In this document: positions 8,862 through 18,705 of the stretch, piece by piece | How the letters are laid out: every line of letters starts with the position of its first letter | How positions within the stretch are numbered: position 1 is the stretch's first letter | Source: an uncultured Gemmatimonadales bacterium | GTDB lineage: Bacteria; Gemmatimonadota; Gemmatimonadetes; Longimicrobiales; RSA9 | Direction: 5' to 3' | NCBI GenBank assembly: GCA_963798855.1 | Contig: CAWCUU010000002.1 | Coordinates: 1,364,567-1,428,566 of the forward strand | Length of the DNA stretch: 64,000 nucleotides | Notes under the pieces: model-generated | Told to the model about the DNA's origin: nothing | Seen by the model: only the letters and a program-made list of their open reading frames with translations | Database searches by the model: none | Position numbers and translations under genes: made by a program

Positions 8862-8944
8862 AGTCAGCGCCTCTCAGTGAGCGCCTCTCAGTCAGCGCCT
8901 CTCAGTAGCGCCTCGCCGTCAGCGCCTCACCGTCAGCGCCTCAC
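8862..8944. repeat. six tandem GTCAGCGCCTC(TCA/ACC) units in reverse-complement orientation, between the four-helix-bundle gene stop and the BNR hydrolase stop
   Basis: CAGTCAGCGCCTCTCAGTGAGCGCCTCTCAGTCAGCGCCTCTCAGTAGCGCCTCGCCGTCAGCGCCTCACCGTCAGCGCCTCACC. Inverted relative to 8331..8356. Confidence 0.85.
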
Positions 8945-11900
8945 CGTGAAATGATGACCGGCAGCCTTCGCCCTTGCAGCTTCGCCTGAAAGGAGGGGAG
9001 CTCCGTCTCCATCAGCGTGCGGTAGTCCTGGCGCGCTTTCTCCAGTCGCTGGCGCAGGACGTCGTGGGTCTCGCGCTGTTGCTGGGTGGGAGGGAAATCC
9101 GCGCCGTTCGCGAAGACGTCGCTGGCGAGGGCGCTGAGGCGGCCGTAGAGCTTCATGGGCGCGCGGAACGCGTCCTCGCGGGCGCCGGTCAGGTTGACGT
9201 CGAAGAGCTGGCGCTCGACGTCCAGGGTCTTCTGCTCGAGCTGGCGCGACGCAGAGACGATGTCCGACGCGGTGGAGTCGTCGTGGAGCATCGTCTGTGC
9301 CTCATCGAGCTGCTTCCTCAGCCACTCCAGGCGGTCGACCATGCGTGTCAGGTCGCCGAGCTCGTCGCTCAGCTGCAGCCCCATCGCGACCTGTGCGGCA
9401 ATGTCGCCGACAGAGCCCGTGGAGTGCGGGTCCTTCAGCACCGTCAGCGGCTGGGTGAGCGTCCGGTCGCCGACGGCGAGGCGGACCGTGTACTGTCCCG
9501 GCGCGACACGCGGCCCCACCTGTCCGCCGGTGAGGTCGAGGTCCCAGGTGACGAGCGGACGAGTGCCATCTTCGCGCATCTCGACCCAGGGCGCCGCAGG
9601 CGGCGGCGTGCGCAGCGCCGGCTTCGGCGGCGCCTCGTAGCGGAGGTCCCACCAGACGCGGTTGAGCCCCTGCTTCTTCCCCCCGTCGAGAGTGCGGATG
9701 ACGCTGTCGGCCTCGAGGATCTCGACCTCGACGGGGCCCTCGTTGTCGGCGCCGAGCCAGTAGTCGATGTCGGCGCCGTAGCGCGGGTCGCTGCCGGTCA
9801 CGTTGCTGTTCGGCGCGGCGGCGACGTCGTGGATCGGAATGAAGCGATAGGCCGGCCTCGGCGCGAGGAGCTGCACGTCGGAGGCGAGCAGCTCGGCGTC
9901 GAGCGCGCGCAGCGGCGTGACATCGTCGAGAATCCAGTAACCGCGGCCGTAGGTGCCGATGACGAGGTCGTGGAAGTGTGGCTGCACGGTGAGCCAGTAT
10001 ACGGGCGCGGGTGGCATGTTGTTGCGCAGCGCGTTCCAGTGCGCGCCGTCATCGAGCGAGAACCAGGTCGAGTTCTCGGTTCCGGCGTAGAGCATGCCGC
10101 GACGGACGGGGTCTTCGCGGACGACGTGAACGAAGGAGAAGACGGAGGGGGGCAGGTCCCCGCTGACTCGCTTCCAGCTGCGCCCGAAGTCGCGGGTCTC
10201 GTAGATGTAGGGCTCGAAATCGGCCATCTGATGGCGGTCCACCGAGATGTAGGCGGTGCCGGCATCCCAGCGCGACGGCTCGACGTTGGAGATCGTGCCG
10301 TAGGGCGGCAGGTCGCGGATGTTCTTGGTGATGTTGACCCAGCTGCCGCCGCCGTCGCGGGTGAGGCTGAGCTGGCCGTCATTGGTCCCGGCCCAGATGA
10401 CCCCCGCCTGCACGGGCGACTCGGCGATTGCGAAGAGCACGGAGCCGTCGAAGGTCATCAGGTTGTCGGTGGTCATGCCGCCGGAGCTCTTCTGCTTCGA
10501 CTTGTCGTTCAGCGTCAGGTCGGGCGAGATGACGTTCCACGAGGCGCCGCCGTCGGTCGTCAGGTGGATACGCTGACTGCCGACGTAGACCCGATTGTGA
10601 TCGTGAGGCGAGATGGCGATCGGGAAGGTCCAGTGCCAGCGCTCCTTCAGCTCGGCCGGCGGCCAGCCGTAGCCCGCCTCCGGCCACACACGGACGTTGC
10701 GCTTCTGCTGCGTCGCCGGGTCGTAGACCTCGAGTCCGCCGTCGTAGCAGCCGGACCAGACGACATTGCCGCCGGCGGTATCCGGAATCGCGAAGCCGCT
10801 CTCACAGCCGCCGACGGAGTGCCACAGACCCTCCGTGATCGAGCCCTGCCGGCTGTTGCTCGGGCCCTTGTAGGAGTAGCCATCCTGCCGGTTACCGTAG
10901 ACGTTGTAGGGGATCTCGTTGTCCACGTGGACGTGGTACATCTGCGCGATCGGGAGCACCACGCGCTGGTAGCTGCGGCCGCGGTTCAGCGTGATGGAAG
11001 CGCCGCCGTCGTGAGCGACCATGTAGCGGTCCGGGTCCTTCGGGTCGATCCAATGTCGTGGTTGTCGCCGCCGGCGCGGAAGCCGCTCTCCAGCGTCGCG
11101 CCGGCGTCGCGGGAGACGCTGAACTTGACGGACGCGAAGTAGAGCCGGTCCTCGTCGCGCGGATCGATGGCGAAGCGAGTGTAGTAGGATGCGCGCTCGG
11201 CCATGTCGTGATCGCGGCTGACGAGGTGCCAGCTGCGGCCGCCATCATCGGAGCGGTAGAGCTCGGGATCGTGCCGCTCGAGCAGGGCGTATACACGACG
11301 CGAGTCGGAGGGCGCGACGCGCACGGCGATCTTGCCGATCGAATCGCCGGCGGCCGGTAGTCCGTGGCCGCTCACCTTGGCCCACGTGTCCCCTCCATCA
11401 CGCGAGACGTAGACGCCGCCGCCGGTGCCGCCGCTCGCCAGCATCCACGGATCGATGCGCAGGCTCCACATCCCGGCGAAGATGACGCTGGGGTCGTTCG
11501 CGTCGATGTCGAGGTCGGCGCATCCGGTGTTCTCGTCGACGAAGAGGACGCGCTTCCAGGTGCGGCCGCCGTCGGCCGTCCGATAGACGCCACGCTCCTG
11601 CTGGGGCCCGTAGGCATGTCCGAGCGCGCACGCGAAGACCACGTTCGGATCGCTCGGATCGACGGCGATACGGCCGATTCGCCCCGTCTCCTCGAGCCCC
11701 ATGCGGCGCCAGCTCGCTCCGGCGTCGGTCGACTTGTAGATGCCATCGCCCAGCGAGAGGGCGGGCCTGATGATGAAGGTCTCGCCCGTGCCGGCCCAGA
11801 CCACATCCGAATCATGCGGATCGATCGCGAGCGCGCTGACCAATGAGACATCCTGATCGTCGAAGACCGGCTCCCAGCTCGCGCCGCCGTCCCTGGTCTT

Positions 11901-12131
11901 GAACAGTCCCCCGGACGCCGCGCCCACGTATGCGACGAGGGGGTTGCCCGGCTCGCCGGCGACGGCGATCGCGCGATTGCCCTCCGGCCCGATGAAGCGG
12001 TAAGGCAGCCGCGCGTAAAGGCTCGTGTCCACGCTCTGCGCCGCCAGTGCGCCCGCCAGCAGCAGGGCCGCTAGCGCGAAGCCGACCCTTGCGCCGGGAC
12101 GGAGTATCGTTCGGGTGCCGGAGCTCATCAT
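8941..12131 (-). pseudogene. BNR/sortilin(Vps10)-like repeat glycosyl-hydrolase-family protein (~1060 aa), interrupted by a 1-nt frameshift near 11050
   Basis: N-terminal part (ORF 10986..12644) starts at the internal ATG 12131 with signal peptide MMSSGTRTILRPGARVGFALAALLLAGALAAQ. C-terminal part is ORF 8941..11022. The junction reads GGDNHD|IGST in one frame and HWIDPKDPDRYMVAHDGG in the other. The expected GGDNHDHWIDP needs one extra C (gacCattgg). Confidence 0.75.
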
Positions 12132-12324
12132 GGCTTCCTCCCGCCCCGCGCGCGCAGAGCGGCTTGACGCTGTGGATTCGGGATTGTGCGCCGGGGAAGA
12201 TGTACGGGCCCTTGCAGCGTTAGCAACCCGCCGTAGCTCGTCGTTCCGTCCTCCGCGTCCTCCGTCCCTCCGCGGCCTTCGCGTCACGCCTCCTTCTGTC
12301 GCCTCCGCTTTCTCCGCGCACCGT

Positions 12325-13230
12325 TCAGAAGGCCGGCTTCGGCGCGGGGATCGTCGAGCTCTCTGTGACCCCCGCCATGGGTTGCACGCCGCGGCGTAAG
12401 AGCAGCACCGGCTTGTGCGTCCCTCGCAGCACCTTGTCGGCGACGCTACCGAGGAGAAGCCGGGTGAGGCCGCTGCGGCCGTGCGTGGCCATCGCGATGA
12501 GGTCGACGTCGTCTTCGGCCGCAACCTGGAGTATGGCGCGGGCCACGCTGTCACTGACGATGATGCGACGGCCGGTGGGGACCGCCATGCGACCGAGCAC
12601 CCGTTCCAGGTACGCCTCGGCCCGGTCGCGCTCCGCCCGTACATCGTAAGGAGCGGGGCCGGCGAACTTGCTCGCCGCGTCCTCGGCGGAGACGGAGACC
12701 AGCAGGGTGGCGCGCGCGTCGGAGCCGAGGGCGAGGACGGCCTGCGCGAGCGGCAGCACCTGCTCCGCGAACGCCGAGCCGTCGAGCGGGATCAACAGGT
12801 GATCGACCGCCGATGCGCCAAGGCCGGCCTGCCCCTCTTCCGGAGGACGAATCAGCAGCAGCGGCACGCCGGCCCGGCTGACGAGCGCCTCCGCCAGGCT
12901 CCCGAGCCACGCCCGGCTCGGGCCGGTCCGGCCGTGCGTTGCCATCGCGATCAGGTCCGCGCTCTCCGTGGCGCGCCTCTCGAGCTCGGTCACCACGTCT
13001 CCGGTGAGCAGCACCGAGCAGGTTTCGACGCCCGTCTCCGCCTCGATTCTCCCGGCGAGCTGACGGAGCCGCGCCGCGCCATCCGCGTCCGGCGCACTGT
13101 CCCCGCTCGCGGGGCGCACGTGCACCAGCTCGATCGAGCCGGAGCCGCGGCGGGCCAGCTCTAGGGCGAACGGCAGGGAAGACTCGCCGAACGGGGAGCC
13201 GTCCAGCGGGACGAGGATGCGACGAAGCAT
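12325..13230 (-). CDS. universal stress protein, tandem UspA domains
   Basis: Two Usp modules (ILVPLDGS ... ATHGRTG; LLIPLDGS ... ATHGRSG). Confidence 0.85.
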   Translation of the reverse strand: MLRRILVPLDGSPFGESSLPFALELARRGSGSIELVHVRPASGDSAPDADGAARLRQLAGRIEAETGVETCSVLLTGDVVTELERRATESADLIAMATHGRTGPSRAWLGSLAEALVSRAGVPLLLIRPPEEGQAGLGASAVDHLLIPLDGSAFAEQVLPLAQAVLALGSDARATLLVSVSAEDAASKFAGPAPYDVRAERDRAEAYLERVLGRMAVPTGRRIIVSDSVARAILQVAAEDDVDLIAMATHGRSGLTRLLLGSVADKVLRGTHKPVLLLRRGVQPMAGVTESSTIPAPKPAF

Positions 13231-13331
13231 GCGGCCTTCCGGCTGGGGTTGGCTGCAAGTTGCCGCCGGCCGGTGGCGCCGTCAGTCGGGGAAAGTCCCC
13301 GCTCGGGTGGGGAAACGGAGGAAACGGGCGT

Positions 13332-15209
13332 TTACAGCTCGACCTGCATTCCGATCTCGACCACCCGGTGCGGTGGGATGCGGAAGAACGCGGTGGCGGA
13401 CTCGGAGTTGCGGGACAGGAACGCGAAGACACGCTCGCGCCACAAGGCCATGCCCTTGTGTCGCTTCGATGCGAGGATCCGCTCGCGCCCGAGGAAGAAC
13501 GAGGTCTGCAGGACCCTGTACTCGATGCCGTAATTCTTCGCGTGCATCAGCTCGCGCGGGACGTGCGGGTCCTCCATGAAGCCGTAGTGTATCACCATCC
13601 GGAAGAAGCCGTCGCCCATATCCTCGACCTCGAGCCGCTCGTCGGAGCGGACGTGCGGCACCTCCTCGGTGACGACCGTGAGCACGATGATCCGTTCGTG
13701 CAGGACCTTGGTGTGCTGCAGGTGGTGCAGCAGCGCGGGCGGGGTGACGTCCGGGTTGCCGGTCATGAAGACGGCGGTGCCCGGGACGCGGATCGGCTCC
13801 TCGGCGAGGATGTTCTTCTTGAAGAAGTCGAGCGGCACGGCGGTGGTCGAAAGGCGGTTCCGCAGGATCGCGCGCCCCTTCTTCCACGTCGTCAGCACGG
13901 TGAACACGATACCGGCGACGAGCAGCGGGAACCAGCCGCCGTCGACGACCTTCAGGATGTTCGCGCCGAAGAAGGAGACATCGAAGCAGAGGAAGAAGGC
14001 GCAGAGTGCGCCGGCCTTCCAAACGCTCCATCCCCAGAGGCGGCGCGCCACGATGTAGAAGATGAGGGTCGTGATGACCATCGTGGTCGTGACGGCGACG
14101 CCGTAAGCGGCGGCGAGGTTGGTGGAGGAGCCGAAGCCGATGACGAGCCCGATCGTCGCGAGCATGAGCACCCAGTTGACGAACGGGATGTAGATCTGGC
14201 CGATTTCCTCCGCGGAGGTGTGCTCGATGTTCAGGCGCGGACAGTAGCCGAGCTGGACGGCCTGGCGCGTGAGCGAGAAGGATCCGGAGATCACGGCCTG
14301 CGATGCGATGATCGCGGCCAGTGTCGCGAGTCCGACGAGCGGATACAGCGCCCAGTCCGGGGCGAGCCGGTAGAACGGGTTGTGGGCTGCTTCCGGGTAC
14401 ATCAGCAGCAGCGCGCCCTGGCCGAAGTAGTTGAGCAGCAGGGCGGGCAACACGAGCGTGAACCAGCCGAGGCGGATCGGCCGGCGGCCGAAGTGCCCCA
14501 TGTCGGCGTACAGCGCCTCGCCGCCGGTCACGACGAGGAAGACGGAGCCGAGCACGAGGAAGCCGTGGCCGCCGTTGTCGATGAAGAAGCGGACGGCGTA
14601 CAGTGGCAGCAGCGCGCGGAGCACCGCGGGCTGTCGCAGGATCGCCGCGATGCCCAGAACCGAGATGACCGCGAACCAGACCAGCATGATCGGCCCGAAG
14701 ATCAGGCCGACGCCCGCGGTGCCGCGGCGCTGGAAGAGGAAGAGGGCGACCAGGATCGCGACGACGATCGGGATGATGAACGGGTCGAAGGCGGTCGTTG
14801 CGACGCTGAGCCCCTCGATGGCGCCGAGCACGGAGATGGCCGGCGTGATCATCCCGTCGCCGTAGAGCAGCGCGGCGCCGAACAGGCCCATCGCGACGAG
14901 GATCCAGGCCCGGCTCCACGTCTTCGCGCTCTTCTGCGGCGCGACGAGCGACATCAGAGCGAGAATGCCGCCCTCGCCCCTGTTGTCGGCGCGCATGATG
15001 AAGACGAGGTACTTGAACGAGATGACGAGGATCAGCGACCAGAAGATCAGCGACAGCACGCCGAGCACGTTGTCGTGGCTGATCTGCACCGCGAACGCGC
15101 CGTAGAAGCATTCGCGAATCGCGTACAGCGGGCTGGTCCCGATGTCGCCGTAGACGACGCCGAGGGCGGTCAGCGTCAGGAAATGAGAGATGTCGGCCGC
15201 TGGGCTCAC
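13332..15209 (-). CDS. kup: Kup/HAK/KT potassium uptake transporter
   Basis: 625 aa with an N-terminal GVVYGDIGTSPLY motif and KUP-type architecture throughout. Confidence 0.95.
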   Translation of the reverse strand: MSPAADISHFLTLTALGVVYGDIGTSPLYAIRECFYGAFAVQISHDNVLGVLSLIFWSLILVISFKYLVFIMRADNRGEGGILALMSLVAPQKSAKTWSRAWILVAMGLFGAALLYGDGMITPAISVLGAIEGLSVATTAFDPFIIPIVVAILVALFLFQRRGTAGVGLIFGPIMLVWFAVISVLGIAAILRQPAVLRALLPLYAVRFFIDNGGHGFLVLGSVFLVVTGGEALYADMGHFGRRPIRLGWFTLVLPALLLNYFGQGALLLMYPEAAHNPFYRLAPDWALYPLVGLATLAAIIASQAVISGSFSLTRQAVQLGYCPRLNIEHTSAEEIGQIYIPFVNWVLMLATIGLVIGFGSSTNLAAAYGVAVTTTMVITTLIFYIVARRLWGWSVWKAGALCAFFLCFDVSFFGANILKVVDGGWFPLLVAGIVFTVLTTWKKGRAILRNRLSTTAVPLDFFKKNILAEEPIRVPGTAVFMTGNPDVTPPALLHHLQHTKVLHERIIVLTVVTEEVPHVRSDERLEVEDMGDGFFRMVIHYGFMEDPHVPRELMHAKNYGIEYRVLQTSFFLGRERILASKRHKGMALWRERVFAFLSRNSESATAFFRIPPHRVVEIGMQVEL

Positions 15210-15312
15210 CGGCAGGATGCTGGGCTTCGTCGGTCGTCTCCATTCACGCTCGGCTCGGGTCGCGATGCGCGGCGTCTGGGCGCCTGAGATTGCGCGCGAG
15301 ACCCGTCGGGCG

Positions 15313-15837
15313 TCAAATCCCGGGCCGTTTTCGCCGAACCACCCAGGTCCCGTGGTCGGTATGGCCCGCCTGGATGTGCCTGGAGGTGAAGGTGCCGCGG
15401 ATGGAATCGCCCTCCATCCGGCCGATGAACTGTGTGTCGAGCGTGCAGCCGCAGCCCGGGTCCGTGTACGGCTCGAGGCTGCCGCTGACGGTGCCTCCCT
15501 CGGCCCGCACGAAGTGGATCGTGAGGACGCGGCTGGTCGTCGGCCGGGAGCCGATCGTCTGGATGCGGCCCGCCTCCGGGCTGCTCCAGCGAGGCTCCGG
15601 CTCGCCCGGCGCGAGCATCAGCACATCTCCCCTCGCCGTGTCCCGCTCCTCGGCCAGGCTGAAGGCGATATAGCCGGATCGGCCGGACTCCCCGCTTTCG
15701 TACTCGCCCTCCCAGTCGCCGACGAGCTTCGCGATGGCGGGGGCGGTGCCCGTGACCGGGACCGGCGGAGGCCGGTAGCCGCAGCCGGCGCCGGCCACGA
15801 GCGCGGTGAGGGCGAGCATCCTGGCGGTCATGACCAT
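15313..15837 (-). CDS. lipoprotein, function unknown (last gene of the efflux operon)
   Basis: Internal ATG at 15837 preceded by GGAGGTG. Signal peptide plus lipobox (MVMTARMLALTALVAGAGCG). Lies 11 nt after the permease stop. Confidence 0.6.
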   Translation of the reverse strand: MVMTARMLALTALVAGAGCGYRPPPVPVTGTAPAIAKLVGDWEGEYESGESGRSGYIAFSLAEERDTARGDVLMLAPGEPEPRWSSPEAGRIQTIGSRPTTSRVLTIHFVRAEGGTVSGSLEPYTDPGCGCTLDTQFIGRMEGDSIRGTFTSRHIQAGHTDHGTWVVRRKRPGI

Positions 15838-15847
15838 CACCTCCGGA

Positions 15848-17059
15848 TCACTCGTAGCGGAGTGCGCCGATCGGGTCGAGCCGGGCGGCCCGGCGCGCCG
15901 GCCACAGGCCGAAGAAGATGCCGACGGCGGCCGCGAAGCCGAAGGCCAGGCCGACAGCGGCGGGCGCGATCGCGACGTTCCATCCGGCCATGCGCTGCAG
16001 CATGAATGCACCGCCGATACCGAGGGTGCTGCCGAGGAAGCCGCCGGCGAGACACAGGGTCAACGCCTCGATCAGGAACTGCAGCAGGATGTCGCGACGA
16101 CGCGCGCCGAGCGCTTTGCGCACGCCGATCTCCCGGGTCCGCTCGGTCACGGAGACGAGCATGATGTTCATGATTCCGATGCCGCCGACGAGCAGCGAGA
16201 TCAGCGCGATGCCGGCGAGCAGGTACGTGAACGTCTGGGCGGTCTCCTGGAACGTGTTGAGCAGCGTCGTCTGGTTGCGGATCGTAAAATCGCTCGCCTC
16301 ACCGGGACGCAATCGGTGGGAGCGGCGCAGCGCGCGGTCGATCTCGGCGTAGGCGGGATCGATCGTTCGCTCGGATGTCGTCTGCACGTAGAGCTGGCTG
16401 ACGCGGTCGGTGCCGAAGACGCGGAACTGCGCCGTCGCGAGCGGGATGTCAATGCTCTCATCGGGGTTGCGGAAGCCCTCGTCGCCCTTGCTCTCGAGCA
16501 TGCCGATCACCTCGAACGGCACGCCCTTGATCTGGATGGACTGTCCGATCAACGATGCGGATCCGGCGGTCTCGAGCCGGTCACCGACCGCCGACCCGAC
16601 GACGGCGACACGCCGCCGACCCCGCTCTTCGCCAGGCGTGAAGAGGCGGCCGGTCGCGATCTTCGAGTTCTGAATCGGGAAGTAGTCCGGCCAGACGCCT
16701 TCGATCTCGAGATTCGCGTTGGCCCCGCCGTATGCGACCTGGAGTCGCCGCGACATCTCCGGGGAGACGCGGGCGAGGTTCTGCGGCTCGGCCATGAGCG
16801 CGTCAGCGTCCTGCGCCGTCATCTTGTTGTCTCCGCGATCGACTCCGCCGAAGAACTGCTGCCCGGGACGTACGGTCAGCACGTTCGTGCCGAGGCTGGC
16901 GAGCCGGTCCTGCACGGACTTCTGCGCGCCCTGTCCGAGCGCGATCATCGCGATCACCGCCGCGATGCCGATGATGATGCCGAGCATCGTCAGGAACGAG
17001 CGCATCTTGTTGGCGCGAATCGCGCCGAGCGCGACGCGCAGGATCTCGCCGAGCAGCAT
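15848..17059 (-). CDS. ABC transporter permease, FtsX/MacB-like (permease domain only, no fused ATPase)
   Basis: 403 aa. N-terminal TM, a large periplasmic domain and a C-terminal FtsX 3-TM bundle (VGGIGIMNIMLVSVTERTREIGVRKALGA). Confidence 0.9.
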   Translation of the reverse strand: MLLGEILRVALGAIRANKMRSFLTMLGIIIGIAAVIAMIALGQGAQKSVQDRLASLGTNVLTVRPGQQFFGGVDRGDNKMTAQDADALMAEPQNLARVSPEMSRRLQVAYGGANANLEIEGVWPDYFPIQNSKIATGRLFTPGEERGRRRVAVVGSAVGDRLETAGSASLIGQSIQIKGVPFEVIGMLESKGDEGFRNPDESIDIPLATAQFRVFGTDRVSQLYVQTTSERTIDPAYAEIDRALRRSHRLRPGEASDFTIRNQTTLLNTFQETAQTFTYLLAGIALISLLVGGIGIMNIMLVSVTERTREIGVRKALGARRRDILLQFLIEALTLCLAGGFLGSTLGIGGAFMLQRMAGWNVAIAPAAVGLAFGFAAAVGIFFGLWPARRAARLDPIGALRYE

Positions 17060-17062
17060 GGT

Positions 17063-18637
17063 CTATCTCCTCCCGCCGCCGCCGAGCGGCCCGCTGGCCC
17101 GCTGGCGAATCCGATTCGTCATCTCCTCCTGCTGCTGCTGCATGCGGGCAACCGACATCAGGATCACCTTGTCGCCCGGCTCGACTCCGCTGAGGACCTC
17201 CGTGTAGTCCCAGTCGTACAGGCCGAGCAGCACGCGGCGGGCTTCCGGTCCTTCCGGCGTCTGCACGAAGACGAAGCCCGGGCGAGGCTCGATCCCCTCC
17301 TGCGCGGCCGCCGTGACGGCTGCCGGGTTCGAGCTCGCGGCGCCGAAGCGGCCGCCGCCCCGCGCGGCGCGGAACTGCTCGCGACAGCGGGAGAACGTGG
17401 CGCGGTCGGCCTCACTGAGCCCCTGGGGGCCGCCGGCGGAGCGTAGCTTGTCACGGAGTGCCGCACATTCCTGGCTCAGCCCGGCCGTGGCTCCGTTCTC
17501 GGCGGCCGCGGGCGTGCGTCCCTGCGTGTCGTCCGCGGCGACGGCAGGAGCACCGGCGGACCCGCCGGGTCGGGCCGAGCCTGCCGCGGCCGGCCTGCCG
17601 GCGCCGCCACCCGCGCGTGCGGTGCCGGCGGCGCCGCCCGCGTTGTCGCCGGGACGACCGCCCATGCCCATGCTCGACATGTCCAGACCGAGGACCGAGG
17701 CGGCGGCCACGATGTCCTTCGGCGCGACGATCGCCGCATTCGGCACCGCGATGGCGCCCTGCCGCTGCGCGATCCGGATCGTGACCTCCGCGTTCATCCC
17801 CGGCTGCAGCAACCCCTCGGAGTTGGGCAGCCGGATCAGCACCGGAAACATCGTGACGTTCTGATCCTGGATCGCCTGCGGCTCGATCTTGTAGACCTTC
17901 CCGTCGAAGTGCCGACCCGGGTACGCCTCGACGGTGACGTCCGCCGGTTGCCCGGGCTTGACCTTGCCAATGTCGGTCTCGTCGACCAACGTGCGGACCT
18001 GGATCTCCGATAGGTCGGCCATCGTCATCAGCGTCGTGCCGCCCGACACGTTCGCGCTCGCGGACGCGATGATCACGCCGGGCTCGACGTTCTTCACGAT
18101 GATCGTGCCGGCGATCGGCGCCCGAATCGTGACATCGCTGAGCCGCTCCTGCGCGAGCTGCAGGTTCGTCTTCGCCTTGACCAGCTGCGCCTTCGAGTTG
18201 GCCTCATCGAGCCGGGCGGTCTCGAGCTCCTGCTCGGTGACGACGTTCGCCTGCCGCAGCTCCTGCGTCCGCTTCAGCTGGGCGGAGGAGGTCTCGAAGC
18301 GGGCCTGCGCCACGTCGAGGTCGGCCGCCGCCTGCTCGTACGCGTTGCGCACGTCGCGGGGATCGATCTCGGCGAGCAGCGTGCCCTGCGGCACCTTGTC
18401 GCCGGTCTCCGCGTGAACATCCAGTACTTCGCCGGATGCCTTCGACTTGACCTCCACGACGCGGATCGGCTCGACCGTGCCGGCCGCCTCCGCCTGGATG
18501 TTCAGATCGCGCCGCTCCACCACCACCACCTCCGAGGAGCTGGTCTCCGTCTCGGCCGCGTCGGAGCGATTGCAGCCCGCCAGCGCGACACCGCTCGACA
18601 GTGCGAGCACGGTTGCCAGCGCGTACTTGGAACGCAT
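17063..18637 (-). CDS. efflux RND/ABC periplasmic adaptor (HlyD/MacA family) with a Gly/Ala-rich low-complexity insertion
   Basis: Lipoprotein-type N-terminus (MRSKYALATVLALSSGVALAGC) preceded by GGAGGTGG. Coiled-coil and beta-barrel adaptor segments. A ~90-aa G/A/P-rich insertion near the C-terminus. Confidence 0.85.
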   Translation of the reverse strand: MRSKYALATVLALSSGVALAGCNRSDAAETETSSSEVVVVERRDLNIQAEAAGTVEPIRVVEVKSKASGEVLDVHAETGDKVPQGTLLAEIDPRDVRNAYEQAAADLDVAQARFETSSAQLKRTQELRQANVVTEQELETARLDEANSKAQLVKAKTNLQLAQERLSDVTIRAPIAGTIIVKNVEPGVIIASASANVSGGTTLMTMADLSEIQVRTLVDETDIGKVKPGQPADVTVEAYPGRHFDGKVYKIEPQAIQDQNVTMFPVLIRLPNSEGLLQPGMNAEVTIRIAQRQGAIAVPNAAIVAPKDIVAAASVLGLDMSSMGMGGRPGDNAGGAAGTARAGGGAGRPAAAGSARPGGSAGAPAVAADDTQGRTPAAAENGATAGLSQECAALRDKLRSAGGPQGLSEADRATFSRCREQFRAARGGGRFGAASSNPAAVTAAAQEGIEPRPGFVFVQTPEGPEARRVLLGLYDWDYTEVLSGVEPGDKVILMSVARMQQQQEEMTNRIRQRASGPLGGGGRR

Positions 18638-18705
18638 CGGATTCCACCTCCCCAAGTCGATCCGGCTGGCACCCGTGCGGCGCCCCGGCTTCGAGTTCGT
18701 AGTCA

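Noticed and set aside
12132-12324. CCTCCG-rich spacer between the BNR hydrolase start and the usp stop; considered as another repeat-family member
   Set aside because: Contains only short degenerate CCTCCG/CGTCC reiterations with no GGCGCTGAC core and no clear periodicity. Treated as ordinary intergenic DNA.
13260-15287. 675-aa plus-strand ORF
   Set aside because: Entirely antisense to kup, with Asp/Glu/Arg-rich junk composition. kup on the minus strand has unambiguous family motifs.
15210-15312. Looked for a c-di-AMP (ydaO/kimA-type) riboswitch or other leader upstream of kup
   Set aside because: Only ~100 nt of GC-rich spacer with no recognisable conserved riboswitch helices. The region is more simply the 3' end of the upstream lipoprotein gene.
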